Assembly: GCA_035221665.1 (NCBI GenBank)
Contig: CM069145.1
Location: 57,412,001-57,476,000 of the forward strand
Direction of reading: 5' to 3'
DNA: 64,000 nucleotides
Source of the DNA: Okamejei kenojei
Lineage: Eukaryota
Positions 22,928 through 35,274 of the stretch are shown piece by piece. How positions within the stretch are numbered: position 1 is the stretch's first letter; every line of letters starts with the position of its first letter. The translations under genes and the position numbers were made by a program. The notes under the pieces were generated by a model. That model had not been told where the DNA came from. It worked only from the letters and a program-made list of their open reading frames with translations, and did no database searches.

Positions 22928-23749
22928 GTGACGTAAATTAACCCAACCGTCAATTAATCCATAGACTAATGCACTAAATCACTTAAGGCACATTGCTCTG
23001 ATTTAGGATTGAATAGCATAGAACCCATGGTTTCATTAAAGTAAATACGTGGTGTAGATAACGTGACAGTAAGTCAAAGTAAAAATTCATAACATGGTAG
23101 ACGGGAATAAAGCTGATCTTATGAAGTTTCAATAGACACACAATGAAGCGGATTAACTTGCAAACGTAAAGCTCGCGAGTTGAAAGAGCAACCGATGGAG
23201 GGCATAATAAGTGAAGAACATATAGAAATGAAGAGTTAATATGCAAACTGAAGATATTTCTTCAATGATGTTCGCCACGCGTTCGTATTGAGACCAGCGT
23301 TCTTTCTGATACATTACTGACCGAATTAAGGCATAATTTCAAAATTAGAAATATCCAGGAAAAAAAGGAAAAAAAAGGGGTCTAAAACAGATGCTGCCTG
23401 AATCATTGAGTTGGAACATGGAGCAGTACCGTCCACTACCGTCCAGTACCAACATCCCCTTTCGCCCACAATATTGGCGCGGAACATGATGCTAAATTAA
23501 GCTGATTTGCTCCGCCTACACTTGATCTCCATCTCCTCCTTTCCTGCATCGATTTGGTTTCTGCAGCAATTTAGGGATTTGTTTTTTCTCGCGATAAAGG
23601 AGATTCGATGTTTCATAAAATATATTAAATATAGGAGAGCACAGCATGGCAAATGAAATAGACACCCGTTTGGCAAATGCAATTTGCCACATAAAAGAGG
23701 CAAATGATATAGGGCGCCAGGAACCAAAAAAATAGTATTTAAACCGAGT

Positions 23750-26207
23750 GGACGCGAACACCCGCTGAAACCCGTGAATGTCGGAAGGCCAGTTGATGGC
23801 GTGCTGTGGCACCTCAAACAGCAGGGTGCAGCCATTTTTAATCGGGTGGCGGCTGTGACGTCAACTACAAGGACAAGCGGTACTACTACCTCCAAAGGCG
23901 GGGCTCCAAGGCTCGCCGATGCGACCACTTTTCACGTATCTGGGTAATGCCTCGTCCGGCCGTCGGTAGTGCCAACTGCGGCCGGCCAAAAATATAGCCA
24001 CCTCTACACCTGGGATCGTCATTCGGGGCGGGATTTTCTCTTTGACAGGGGAGCAGAGGTCAGTATTTCGCCCCGCTCGGGCACCGATACTTGTTCCGTA
24101 AATAAGGGGCCGCCCCTGACCGTCACCAACAGCAGAAACATCAGAACATATAGGGTCTGCACCTCCCGCTTAAACCTGGCCATCAATCTTGCCAAGTGTC
24201 AGTTTGGCCTCACTTCCATCAACTTCCTCGGTCACCACATCAACCAGCACGGAGCGATCCCGCTCCCGACCAGGGTTCGAGACCATTCGCAAGTTTGGTA
24301 AACCATCCGCTGTGAAGGGACTCCAAGAGTTTGGCGGCATGGTCAACTTCTACCACCGCTTCATGCCAGCAGCCGCCAGGATCATGCGACCGCTATTCAA
24401 GGCCCGAGCCAACAAGTCAAAAGAGCTAATTTGGGACGATGCGGCCACGACCGCATTCGACGCCACGGAGGCGCTGCAAAGGCAACGATGTTGGTACATC
24501 CACTGGCCAACGCACCAACAGCTCTCGTGGTCGACACATCTGGCACAGCCGTGGGCAGAGTACTGGAACAACTGATCGATGGTAGCAGGCAGCCCCTCGC
24601 CTTTTTCACCTGAGAACCCCCAAGCAGACATACAGCGCTTTCGACCAGGAACTCTCCTCTCTCTACCTGGCCATCCGGCATTTCCGCTACTTCCACAAGG
24701 GCATGGATTTCACAGCGTTCATCGACCACAAGACACTCACGTTTGCCTTTGCCAAAGAGTTTGATCCTTGGTCAGTCCAGCATTAGCGCCCCCTGACATA
24801 CATCTCAGAATACATGACTTACGCCCAGCAAATTGCAAGCAAGAGCAACCAGGTCACAGATGCGTTGTCCCATACTGCCATCAATGCCATCCACACTCTG
24901 GCCCCAGGTGTCGACTACATGGCTGTAGTGGCCGCCCAGCGAGAGGATGAAGAGCCGCTCGCCTACCTCACCGCCATTTCAGTCCTGCTGTTGGAAGGTG
25001 TGCGATTCGGGCCTGCTGACACCACACTCCGCGACGTGTCTACGGGAGAGCCAAGACCCATCATCCCCGCTGCCTGGCGCCGCTGGATTTTCGACATGGT
25101 TCATGGCCTAGCTCACCCTTCCATTCGGCCAACAGAGGCACTGATGACAGCCAAGTTCATGCGGCACGGATTGTGCAAACAGATCGGCAACTGGGCCAGA
25201 GCGTGCATGCCCTGTCACACCTCCAACATTCGGCGTTACAGCAAGGCGCCACGCAGAACTTCGTCCTGACACACCGACGTTTCGACCACATCCACGTCGA
25301 CATCGTTGGACCCACTGCCCACATCCAGAGGTGTCACCCACCTCTTCACCATCGTGGACAGATTCACGAGATGGCCGGAATCCGTCTCGCTCTCGGATAC
25401 CTCCACTGCGACCTGTGCACGTGCCCTCACCGCTCACTGGATCGCCCACTTTGGCGTGCCGGCTGACATCTCCTCCAACAGAGGTGCGCAGTTCACCTCC
25501 GAGCTGTGGTCAGCAATGGCCCGGCTACTTGGCACTAAGCTGCACCACGCAACGGCCTACCACCCGCAAGCAAACGATCTAGTCGAACATTTTCACCGGC
25601 ACACGAAGGCATCCCTCAAGGCATGGCTCACGGGCCCAGACTGGATGGACGAATTGCCGTGGGTCATGCTAGGTATACGCACTGCCTCAAAGGAGGAGCT
25701 GGCAACTTCCTCTGCCGAGCTGATGTACGGCACCCCGTTTACGGTCACAGAAACTTCCTCCCGGCGGCATGTGGACATAAACAACCGCGCACGGCCACGT
25801 TGACGCACCTTCATGAGCAGGTGGGCACGCCTTCTCCTGTCCCAACGTCCCGACACGGTATCACAACCACTTACGTCCCATCCGACCTCTAAGGACTGCC
25901 AGTACGTCTTCCTTCACCGAGATTCCCACCGTACACCACTGCAATAGTATTATGAGAGACCCTTCAGAGTGCCGCACAACGACGCCACGGCTTTCATCAT
26001 TGACATGGGTGGCAGACAAGAGACTGTCTCCGTGGACCGTCTTAAGCCGGCACACTTGGACATTGACCAACCCCGCCGCAGAGGCATCCACTATCACCAC
26101 CAAACCCGCCCTCAACTCAACCAGCTGCAAACTCGAACACAGGAGACGAGTACATAAGATCCGGCTGCCTCACTCAACAGACTAACCGCCTCCAATACTC
26201 CGGTTCT

Positions 26208-26254
<47 letters not shown>

Positions 26255-26410
26255 CATGTGGCGCCTTCTTGTGGCCGAGTCACCTTGGCCTCGAACCTTC
26301 GTTCGTCGAGCTAGAACTCACGCGTGAACTGGCGTGATATGGACCGACCAATCAACGCCGATCTGGGTGGTCAGGTGACGGGGTACAGCGGACCAGACCA
26401 AATATCCAAT
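23750..26410 (+). mobile_element. Degenerate Gypsy/Ty3 LTR retrotransposon: gag end, protease, partial RT, RNase H, integrase, PPT and start of the 3' LTR
   Basis: FLFDRGAEVSI (protease), KCQFGLTSINFLGHHI (RT end), TALVVDTSGTAVG (RNase H), HGLAHP..CMPC and FDHIHVDIVGP..TIVDRFTRWPE..RGAQFTS..AYHPQAN (integrase). Poly-G PPT at 26208-26253 is followed by TG at 26257. Confidence 0.9.
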
Positions 26411-26477
26411 AGCAACTGCGGTCATGGGCAGATTCATGGGTAATTTTCGGCCCCATTTCCGTCTACCGGTCACCGCA

Positions 26478-26778
26478 CCAAAGATCCCATAGCGGAGCAA
26501 AGATACCAGCGCAGCGACGGAAGCCATTTACGGAAACATCCTCGTGAAAATAAAAGTTATTTGGTAAAAATCTTCTACTCATTTTCTGAATTATAATTTA
26601 TTAACACAAACTGTTCCCCCGCAACGTTGATTGATGTTCACACTGCGAGTCGGGTCGGGTCGGGTCGGGTTACTGAAATGGTTGAAAAAAAGGCCCACGT
26701 TTCGCTCCGTTGCTTACTCCACGTCCGCCCATAGCATTTAGAAGGATTGGTCTATCTTGCTCGCTATAGGATCTTTGG
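26478..26778. mobile_element. MITE-like element with ~28-bp imperfect terminal inverted repeats
   Basis: The left end is CCAAAGATCCCATAGCGGAGCAAAGATAC; the right end reverse-complements to CCAAAGATCCTATAGCGAGCAAGATAGAC. Internal (gtcgg)4; no clear TSD. Confidence 0.7.
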
Positions 26779-27869
26779 ACCACACGACAGAGCTAGAATT
26801 CACTTGGCCCCCATCGCCTTTGTACTAATAGTAAACTGTGTCTAAATATTAAATGAGGGTTTGTACAAGACGTGAACCTCTTCAACCTATCCAATTTTCC
26901 CCAGAGATGTTGCTTTGTCCGCTGATTTTCTCCAGCACTCACTTTTTGTACAGTTCAGCCTGGCCTATGACTGTCAATGCCAGTGGAAGCTGGTTTTCAG
27001 TTTAATACCTTGAGTTCTTCGTGTCCTTAAAACCGAACGCACAGGAGAGTCTGGGCAAAGAACTGATAGTTGTGGCAGGAAAATAAATATTTCCAGATGG
27101 TAGGAGCGATCTCAACTATGAACCAGGACGGATTATCGAATTAGGACTGAATCACTGTACAAATAACGTTTTGTACATTGCACAGATGATATTGAAGATG
27201 ACAAGAATACTGCCGTCATTAATGTTCAAAAGGAATCTGGATTCACTATGTGGAGATTTGAATATTTGACGTGGGAATCCTTGTGTGAAGGTAGGGTTTT
27301 TAAGAAATTATTTCTTGTGTTCTGGTTCAGTCACAGATATACTGACTTTACCCTTAGTTATTGGAAGTGAACGTTCCATGGGCGTGCGACCTCGGGGCGT
27401 TGCTTAAGGCTGGTAAACGTCTAGGTTCCGCAACCATTGCACGGATCAACATTTTGAAATTGTGAAAAGGGACAGGTTTAATCAAGTTTTAAAAATCCTT
27501 TAAATTTGGACGTGCGAAAAATTTCTGAATAAAAAATCAAGATTACATTTTAAATTACAGGTTGACATTTTTCCTTTAGAAAAACGACATACTCTCTATG
27601 TCTCATGCTCTCTTTGTCTCATCTATCCATCAAACATCACACTCCCCTGTGTTCATCAGCCACACTTTGCCCTGCTGTTCTCTCTTTCAGCTTTTTCCCA
27701 ACCGCAATCAGTTGCATGAAGTCCCCAACCATTAATGTCACCCCTGTTCTGCTAGACCCGCTGAGTTACTCGAACACTTTTTTTGAATCACTTGTTTGAT
27801 ACCACTTCGATTTGCCTATCGTCACAGTAGGTTAACAACAGCTAATACCCCACTGACTCTCCATTCTGC

Positions 27870-28410
27870 TAGTGACAATTCGGATATCCGGAAAACTCCG
27901 CATTCAACATTAACACCCCCCGAACGCATCAACAAGCTCCCACGGGCCTACCTCCGTCTGTAAGTCGATCCTTCACTTCCTCGTGTGCAGTGCCGTCATT
28001 AGCATAGATCAGTAGATACAGCTCCTGCTCGTTGACCGTCACCACAGGTGAACCTGAAGGCTACGCGATTGCCCCCCAGCTCTACTCTACACCAGTGACT
28101 GTGTGGTTAAGCACGTCCATTGCCGTTTATAAAGTCTCTGACCGTGCCACTGCCATTGGTAGAATTGTGAGTGGTGATATATCAACGTACACGAGACAGA
28201 TACAACAAACGGCTCAGTGGTGCCGAGAAAAAAAACCTTTCCGCATGTCAAAAAGGCCAAATAATTAATAGTTGAGAGGGGAAGCCGAGAGACCACGCTC
28301 CAGTTTTCATCGGTAAATCAGCGATGGTGAAACTTAGCAGCTTCAAAATCCTGGGCAGTAACACCATGCATGAACTGTGCTTGGCGCAGCACAGGAGTAA
28401 TATTGAAGAA
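27870..28410 (+). mobile_element. Highly degenerate Rex1/Babar-like RT fragment, apparently continuing at 29480-29765 after a CR1 insertion
   Basis: TVTTGEPEG..PQLYS and SSFKILG remnants; the downstream piece reads IVKDPHHQGQAMFSLLP. Confidence 0.5.
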
Positions 28411-28429
28411 AGCGTACTTTTCTTCGCAT

Positions 28430-29480
28430 GTCACCCAATGTCCTTTTCAGAATGTCAGGCAGTGGCGAGTGGAGTGCCTCAAGGCTCGGTGTTGGGGCCG
28501 CAACTGTTTACCATATATATTAATGATTTGGAAGAGGGAATTAGGAGTAACACTATCAAGTTTGCGGATGACACAAAGCTGGGTGGCAGTGTGAACTGTG
28601 AAGAGGATGTTAGGAAGTTGCAGGGGGACCAGGTTGAGCGAGTGGGAAGATGCGTGACAGATGCAGTATAATATAGATAAATGTGAGGTTATCCACTTTG
28701 GCGGCAAAAACAAGGGGGCAGATTATTATCTCAATGGGGTTAGGTTAGGTAAGGGGGAAGTATAGCGAGGCCTGGGTGTCCTTGTACACTAGTCACTGAA
28801 GGTTGGCGTACATGTACAGCAGGCAGTGAAGAAAGCTAATGGAATGTTGGTCTTCATAACAAGAGTATTTCAGTACAGGAGTAAAGAGGTTCTTCTGCAG
28901 TTGTATAGGGCTCTGGTGAGACCACATCTGGAGTATTGTGTACAGTTTTGGTCTCCTAATTTGAGGAATGATGTCCTTGTGATTGAGGCAGTACAGCATA
29001 GGTTCACGAGATTGATCCCTGGGATGGCGGGACTGTCATATGAGGAAAGATTGAAAAGACTAGGCTTGTATTCACTGGAGTTTAGAAAGATGAGGGGGAT
29101 TTTTATAGAAACATATAAAATTATAAAATGACTGGATGCAGCTAGATGCAGGAAAAATGTTCCCAGTGTTGGGTGAGTCCAGAAGCAGGGGCCACAGACT
29201 TAGAATAAAGGGGGGGTCATTTAAGACTGAGGTGAGAAAAAACTTTTTTACCCAGAGAGTTGTGAATTTATGGAATTCCCTGCCAGTGGAGGCCAAATAA
29301 CTGGATGGATTTAAGAGAAAGTCGGATAGAGCTCTAGGGGCTAGTGGAGTCAAGGGATATGGGGAGAAGGCAGGCACGGGTTATTGATAGCGGCCGATCA
29401 GCCATGATCACAATGAATGGCGGTGCTGGCTCGAAGGGCCGAATGGCCTCCCCCTGCACCTATTTCCTATGTTTCTATGT
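28430..29480 (+). mobile_element. CR1 LINE 3' fragment
   Basis: [39 protein letters not shown] and a (ttctatgt)n tail. Confidence 0.92.
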
Positions 29481-30339
29481 AATACCTCTACAGATGTACC
29501 TTACTGTGACTCGTTGCATCAAGGCCATGTACAGAAATTCCATCGCACCGGCATGCAAGTGGCCCCGGAGTGTGGTGACCTTAGCCCGGCCCATCGCGGG
29601 CATAGAGGTTGCAGGGGGGGGGGGGGGGGGACATTCTTCGATACATAATTGAACCGCCCTCGCCATCATCGAAAGCAACTACAAGTGGCGCTGCCTCCAG
29701 AAGGCAGTATCTATCGTCAAGGATCCTCATCATCAAGGCCAAGCCATGTTCTCGCTGCTACCAACATTGTAATCCAATGTATTTTAAAATCGCGTTAACA
29801 GGGGGCTTTATATTGCAACGTATTTTCTAAATTGTGGCATCCATAGCCGAACGCAATGTGGTGTAAAGCAGCACATTATATAGTACATTGTGTACGTCTG
29901 CCTTTCTACCTTAATTTGGTACTCTATACCCTGAATTATAACGTCATATGCAGTGGGATCCTATCTGTTCACAATCTATAGTAACGATGTGTTGATAAAA
30001 AGGAAGTTAGCAGTTGGCGGGGTTGCCTTCAAGAAGGGTGGATAATGGGTTCAGATGCATAAAATATCTCACGTGAATGGCAATAACACGAAGCAGGTTA
30101 ATGCCTGTCAGCTAAAAGGACTTTGTTCGTGTGGGGTAGATTAAATGTAACATTTGACATGTTTAATATTGTATTCTACCCGATTGCTGGGACTCGCCGA
30201 TCCCCCTGAAGCTACGAAAGCATTCATCAAATATCACACTTGGTAACTTCCTTTCCAGTATATGTTTACAAATCTTGAAATTATAGCTTGCTTCATGAAT
30301 CGGGGCATCAATATATTTCATCTAGAGCCTTCAAGCAGA

Positions 30340-30620
30340 CAATTGTGTACAGTTTTGGTCTCCTAATTTGAGGAAGGACGTCCTTGTGATTGAGGCAGTA
30401 CAGCGTAGGTTCACGAGATTGATCCCTGGGATGGCGGGACTGTCATATGAGGAAAGATTGAAAATACTAGGCTTGTATTCACTGGAGTTTAGAAGGATGA
30501 GGGGGATTTTTATAGAAACATATAAAATTATAAAAGGACTGGGTGCAGCTAGATGCAGGAAAAATGTTCCCAATGTTGGGTGAGTCCAGAACCAGGGGCC
30601 ACAGCCTTAGAATAAAGGGC
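30340..30620 (+). mobile_element. CR1 internal fragment, very similar to 28955-29210
   Basis: RKDVLVIEAVQRRFTRLIPGMAGLSYEERL..RGIFIETYKIIK. Confidence 0.85.
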
Positions 30621-30844
30621 ATTTGCAACACTTTGGTGAAATTTCCCCCCGTCTGAAAACAATGGTTCACCTCTGCACAATCTCTGCTCCAGTTTTATTT
30701 TATCAAGTGTATTTTGAAAGTCCACTATTCTTCTTATTTTCTTAGATTGCCTTTTAAATTTACTTACAAGATTTTATTTTTAACTGAACTTTATGTTAAT
30801 CGGTCTTAAAAGTTAGAACATCCCCCCTGATTAATTAGCACAAG

Positions 30845-30936
30845 CGTGAAAATGACTGCTTAAATTTGTTTGTTCGGAAAATTGCATCATGATCCAAGTT
30901 AATTGCTGCCTCGGCGGTTGACATTGGCTATAAGTA
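30845..30936 (+). promoter_or_regulatory. GPCR-3 proximal promoter: conserved 42-bp block plus TATA-like element
   Basis: CGTGAAAATGACTGCTTAAATTTGTTTGTTCGGAAAATTGCA at 30845-30886 and TATAAGTA at 30929-30936, at similar distances from the ATG as in GPCR-2. Confidence 0.55.
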
Positions 30937-30992
30937 GAAGGGTCAAACACGGATTTCAGAAGCTACGACTCACAAGCACACCGTCACGGAAA

Positions 30993-33202
30993 ATGCATGC
31001 TCCTGGAAATGGACCAGTCTTTGCCATTTATTATTCTGCTCTTGCAGCTTTCGGTGTTCTAGGTAACGTTTGGACGACTAAACTAGTATTCAAGGTTTGA
31101 CCAAATCTAAGCGGAATAGCGTGTCGATTGTACCTTTAATCTTCAGCCGCAGGCTGCGTATCGAATGTGTGCAGCACTACGTCTTAACTATCGGCTGATA
31201 TTCGTTCTGTTCTCTTTACGAAATAAGTAACTATGTTAATAAGTTAAATAAGTTATGATCGAGTAACTTTGAAAGGGAATCTGGTTATATAATTATTCTC
31301 TTTATATTTATGGAAGAAGCATTTATTTTGCAGCATGATCTTGGGCTATTAAGGCACAGTTAAGGTTTAGTCATAAGTCTAATCTAGCTCCGAAATTCAT
31401 TTTTCTGAATAATTTGGCGTTTCCTTAGTTTTTTACGTCTGGCCTGTCTTCCTTTCGGTTCGCCACTCTCTACTGTCGGATGGTTGGAGAAGGCAACATC
31501 ACAGAATGATCTGCTTCTAATATATTTATAATTATAATCGTCACGGAGTACCGCAACTATCGCTTTGCTAACGAGATGTTGAACTGACACAATAGAGGGA
31601 GAAGGATCCCGGTTATTGGCCGTAAAAAAACTACACCTACTTGCAACAAAAAACAAAATTCCTTCCTAAGCATAGCAAGAAATAACAGTTGGATAAGCGT
31701 TCAAATATTTGTTCTGATGCATTACTTTCGCTGACTGCTGCATGTAATATCATCTGATCTTCTTTGATATAGTCACAGTGACTTTCTTGTATTCCAGGCA
31801 GCTTAAAAGTTTATTCCAATATCTTCATAGTTTGATTTTGCTTCTTATTGCCTTGTAAACCACGCATTGCGTTGAGATTTATTAGAACATTTGCTCATTT
31901 AACATGAGGCGTTGTTTGACCTTTTCATGATTCATTTGTTCTGCTGCAATAGGAAAGGTTTCACACACTTGGAAATAAATGTTGCATCTTATTTTCCGTT
32001 TGATAATTTAATTGTATTCATGATAAGTATTTTTATTTATAAATGGATAACTATCGATAAGCCGATAACGTGAAACCACTTATTAGAGTATTAATTGGTG
32101 TAGCCAATTATTAGAGATGTGATAAAAACGGACGCAACGTGCTGGAGTAACTCAGAGGGTCATGCAGCACTTCTGGAGAACATGCATATGTGACTTTTTT
32201 GGATGAAGAATTTGATAACAGTTTTTCTCTAACTGGTAAACTCGGAGATCGAATGATCACTAAACTGTCTCGTGGTCTCTTCCTCTTACAGCCAACCTGG
32301 TGACAATTGCGATCCTTTCTCAAGGAAAGTGCGGCCTTTCCAAGTGCATCACTCGCTACCTGGTGTCCATGGCCGTGACGGATTTCCTGGTCATTATCAC
32401 AGCTGTGATATTAAGCCGGCTCCGGGCGATTTATTTCCCAGTTACATTCCTGTCCACCACACCAGCCTGCAGTCTGGTTATTGTCCTCAGCTGCGCTGCC
32501 AGAGACACTTCCGTTTGGTTAACAGTCGCTTTCACCTTCGACCGATTCATCGCCATTTGCTGCCAACAGCTAAAGCTGAGGTACTGCACCGAGAAAACCG
32601 CGGCTCTTGTTATAGGAGTCGTCTGCGTGGTGGGCTGCCTGAAAAACGTCCCCTTTTACTTCATTTACGAGCCTGTTTATGTTGCGAATAACATACCCTG
32701 GTACTGTAGCATCAAAGAAAATAATTACACTGCCGTTGGCTGGAGGGTTTATGACTGGCTGGACCGAATTTTGAACCCCTGCCTCCCGTTCCTCATGATT
32801 CTGCTGCTCAACGCTTTTACAGTCAGATTCATTCTAGCCGCCAGCAGAGCTCGCAGGAGACTCCGGGCCCAAAGCAATGGCGAGAAACAGAGTGACCCCG
32901 AGATGGAGAGCAGGAGAAAGTCTATAATTTTACTCTTCGCCATATCGGGCAGTTTTATTCTCTTGTGGTTGACCTACGTTGTAAATTTTGCGTTTGTACA
33001 AATTACAAGCAATACCTACTCCGTCGTGTCAAATGGCAACGATCCAAAGTTTATCCTGCAAGAAAGCGGGTACATGTTGCAGCTTCTCAGTTCCTGCACC
33101 AACACGTGCATTTACGCAGGGACGCAGACCAAATTTAGAGAGCAGTTAAAAGGCGCGTTGAAATATCCATTTGATTTAATTACCCAACGATTGAAACAAT
33201 GA
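30993..33202 (+). CDS. GPCR-3: GPR139/GPR142-like 7TM receptor; exon 1 30993-31062, exon 2 32292-33202; 326 aa, intact; closest paralog of GPCR-2, divergently oriented
   Basis: Exon 1 reads MHAPGNGPVFAIYYSALAAFGVL+G|gtaacg. The acceptor cttacag|CC AAC gives ANLVTIAILSQGKC. ORF 32300-33202 is open, and AATAAA follows at 33212. Confidence 0.9.
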
Positions 33203-33783
33203 GGCTAACTGAATAAATGCTTATTTCATTTGCAAGGTTAATAAAGAGGAATAATAAAGTTTTTTTCATGTATTGGAACTGTGCATGAGCTGATGATTGC
33301 ATTGTTCATGGTCAGCTATAATGCTAATATAAATATCGATTAAAGATGGACAACGAATCCCATTGGTTATAGTGCACCGGTGATCAAACACTGCGAAATA
33401 GAATTCCATCAAATTAAGTTGACATCTTCTATTTATTTTTGCTAAAATAAGGATATAGTAATTTGTGGCAAGAGTAACGCATATGGTTCATCATCAATTC
33501 AGGCCAAACCACTTTGTCATATGCTTGGAGTCACATTCAGGAATAGAGAGGACAATAGATACACTACATGGTTGAAAATACATTATTGATGATATTGTAC
33601 TGAAGTGGAACATGTGGTTTAATAAGGGAGCGGCAATATGCCATCTCTCCACCAATTCCAATATTCGTGGCCTGTCGGGAGGGAGGGGGAATTTCCTGAG
33701 CGTTAGTATGGGTGTTGTGGGCCGAAGGGACTGGCTTACATAGGGCTAGTGTGGACATTGTTGGTCGAATGGATTCATGTGAT

Positions 33784-33990
33784 GGCAGCTCAGTCACTCA
33801 GGGTCGGTGAGCTGGCAGCTCAGTCACTCAGGGCTGTTGGGCTGGCAGCTCAGTCACTTAGGGCTGGTGGGCTGGCAGCTCAGTCACTCAAGGCTGGTGG
33901 GCTGGCAGCTCAGTCATTCAGGGCTGGAGGGCTGGCAGCTCAGTCACTCGGGACTGGTGGGCTGGCAGATCAGTCACTCGGGGCTGGTAG
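33784..33990. repeat. Minisatellite, 30-bp unit x7
   Basis: ggcagctcagtcactcagggctggtgggct repeated with period 30, starting at 33784, 33814 and so on to 33964. Confidence 0.95.
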
Positions 33991-34017
33991 TTCACTTAAG
34001 GTTATTCCTTGAAATTC

Positions 34018-34413
34018 CATTTCAAGCAGAGTGCAGGCCACCAAACTCAATTTCATAGCATTTCAGTCAGAGCGCAGGCCACCAAACTCAATTTCATAGC
34101 ATTTCAGGCAGAGTGCGGGCCACCAAACTCAATATCATAGCATTTCATGCAGAGTGCAGGCCACCAAATTCAATTTCATAGCATTTCAAGCGGAGTGCCT
34201 GCCACCAAATTCAATTTCATAGCATTTCAAGCAGAGTGCAGGACACCAAGTTTAATTTCATAGCATTTCAAACAGAGTGCGGGCCACCAAACTCAATTTA
34301 ATTGCATTTGAAGCAGAGTGCAGGCCACCAAACTCAATTTCATTGCATTTCAAGCAGAGTGCAGGCCACCAAACTCGATTTCCTAGCATTTCAGGCAAAG
34401 TGCAGGCCACTAA
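34018..34413. repeat. Minisatellite, 41-bp unit x~9.7
   Basis: catttcaagcagagtgcaggccaccaaactcaatttcatag with period 41, starting at 34018, 34059 and so on to 34387; no spacers. Confidence 0.95.
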
Positions 34414-34819
34414 ATTGCCAAACAGTTCAGTTGATTCACAGCTTAGAATCACGGGTGTGGACTCGTCCTCGCGATCTTCCAGAGTGACTGACTCACGTCC
34501 AGGCTTTTATAGTCCTGCCCCCCCCCCCCGAAGGGGCGTTACCTTCATCGTGGTGATAGACATGCGAGAGGACCAATCAGCCGAACTCATGATTTTTTAA
34601 ACTCTCATAACATTTTTACTTTTCATCGATCGGAAAAATCCTCGGGGCTGCATCAGCGGACGAGGACTGTGAGTGAGATGACCAAACATCATAGCGATAT
34701 ATGTCAGCATTTTTTCTAAAATCAATATACAGCACAGACAGGAAGTGGTCAAGATGAGACCTTTAGTTATATAGATACACACACACACGCGCACTCACAC
34801 GCACTCACGCACACACACC

Positions 34820-35270
34820 AAAATAAACAATAGTAGTGCCATCATAGCAATAATAGTCTATTCTAGTTCAGAGCTTATTTGAGGTAGTAGTGTTTAATAG
34901 CCTGATGGCTGCAGGGAAGAAGCTGTTGCTGAACCTGGACGTTACAGTTTTCAGGCTCCTGCACCTTTTTCACGATGGTAGTGGTGAAATGAGTATATGG
35001 CCAGGATGGTGAGGGTCTCTAATGATGTTGTCTGCCTTTTTGAGGCAGCGACTCCGGAAAATCCCTTCGATGGTGGGGAGATCAGAACCGGTGATGGACT
35101 GGGCAGTGTTCACAACCTTTTGCAGTCTTTTTCGCTCGTGGGCATTCAAGTTGCTGAACCAGGCCATGATGGAACCAATTAATATGCACGCTACTGTACA
35201 CCTGTAGAGGTTCAAGAGAATCCTCTCGGACATTCCAAATCTCCGTAGTCTTTTCAGGAAGCCACCCAAC
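34820..35270 (-). mobile_element. Rex1/Babar-like 3' fragment
   Basis: FLKRLRRFGMSERILLNLYRCTV..KRLQKVVNTAQSITG..IIRDPHHPGH..PLPS. Confidence 0.85.
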
Positions 35271-35274
35271 TAGG

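Larger units (their letters stand above)
33620..34776 (+). mobile_element. Putative Helentron/DINE-1-like non-autonomous element hosting both minisatellites (5' boundary uncertain)
   Basis: The 3' end is homologous to 10780-10978 and ends tttagttatatagat, followed by (CA)n. Confidence 0.4.

Noticed and set aside
33749-34058. ORFs with LAAQSLRAGG or WQLSHSGL repeats
   Set aside because: Translations of a 30-bp minisatellite with no splice or start context.
34018-34413. 41-bp repeats resembling a CRISPR array
   Set aside because: Head-to-tail units with no unique spacers, no cas genes, and a vertebrate context; this is a minisatellite.
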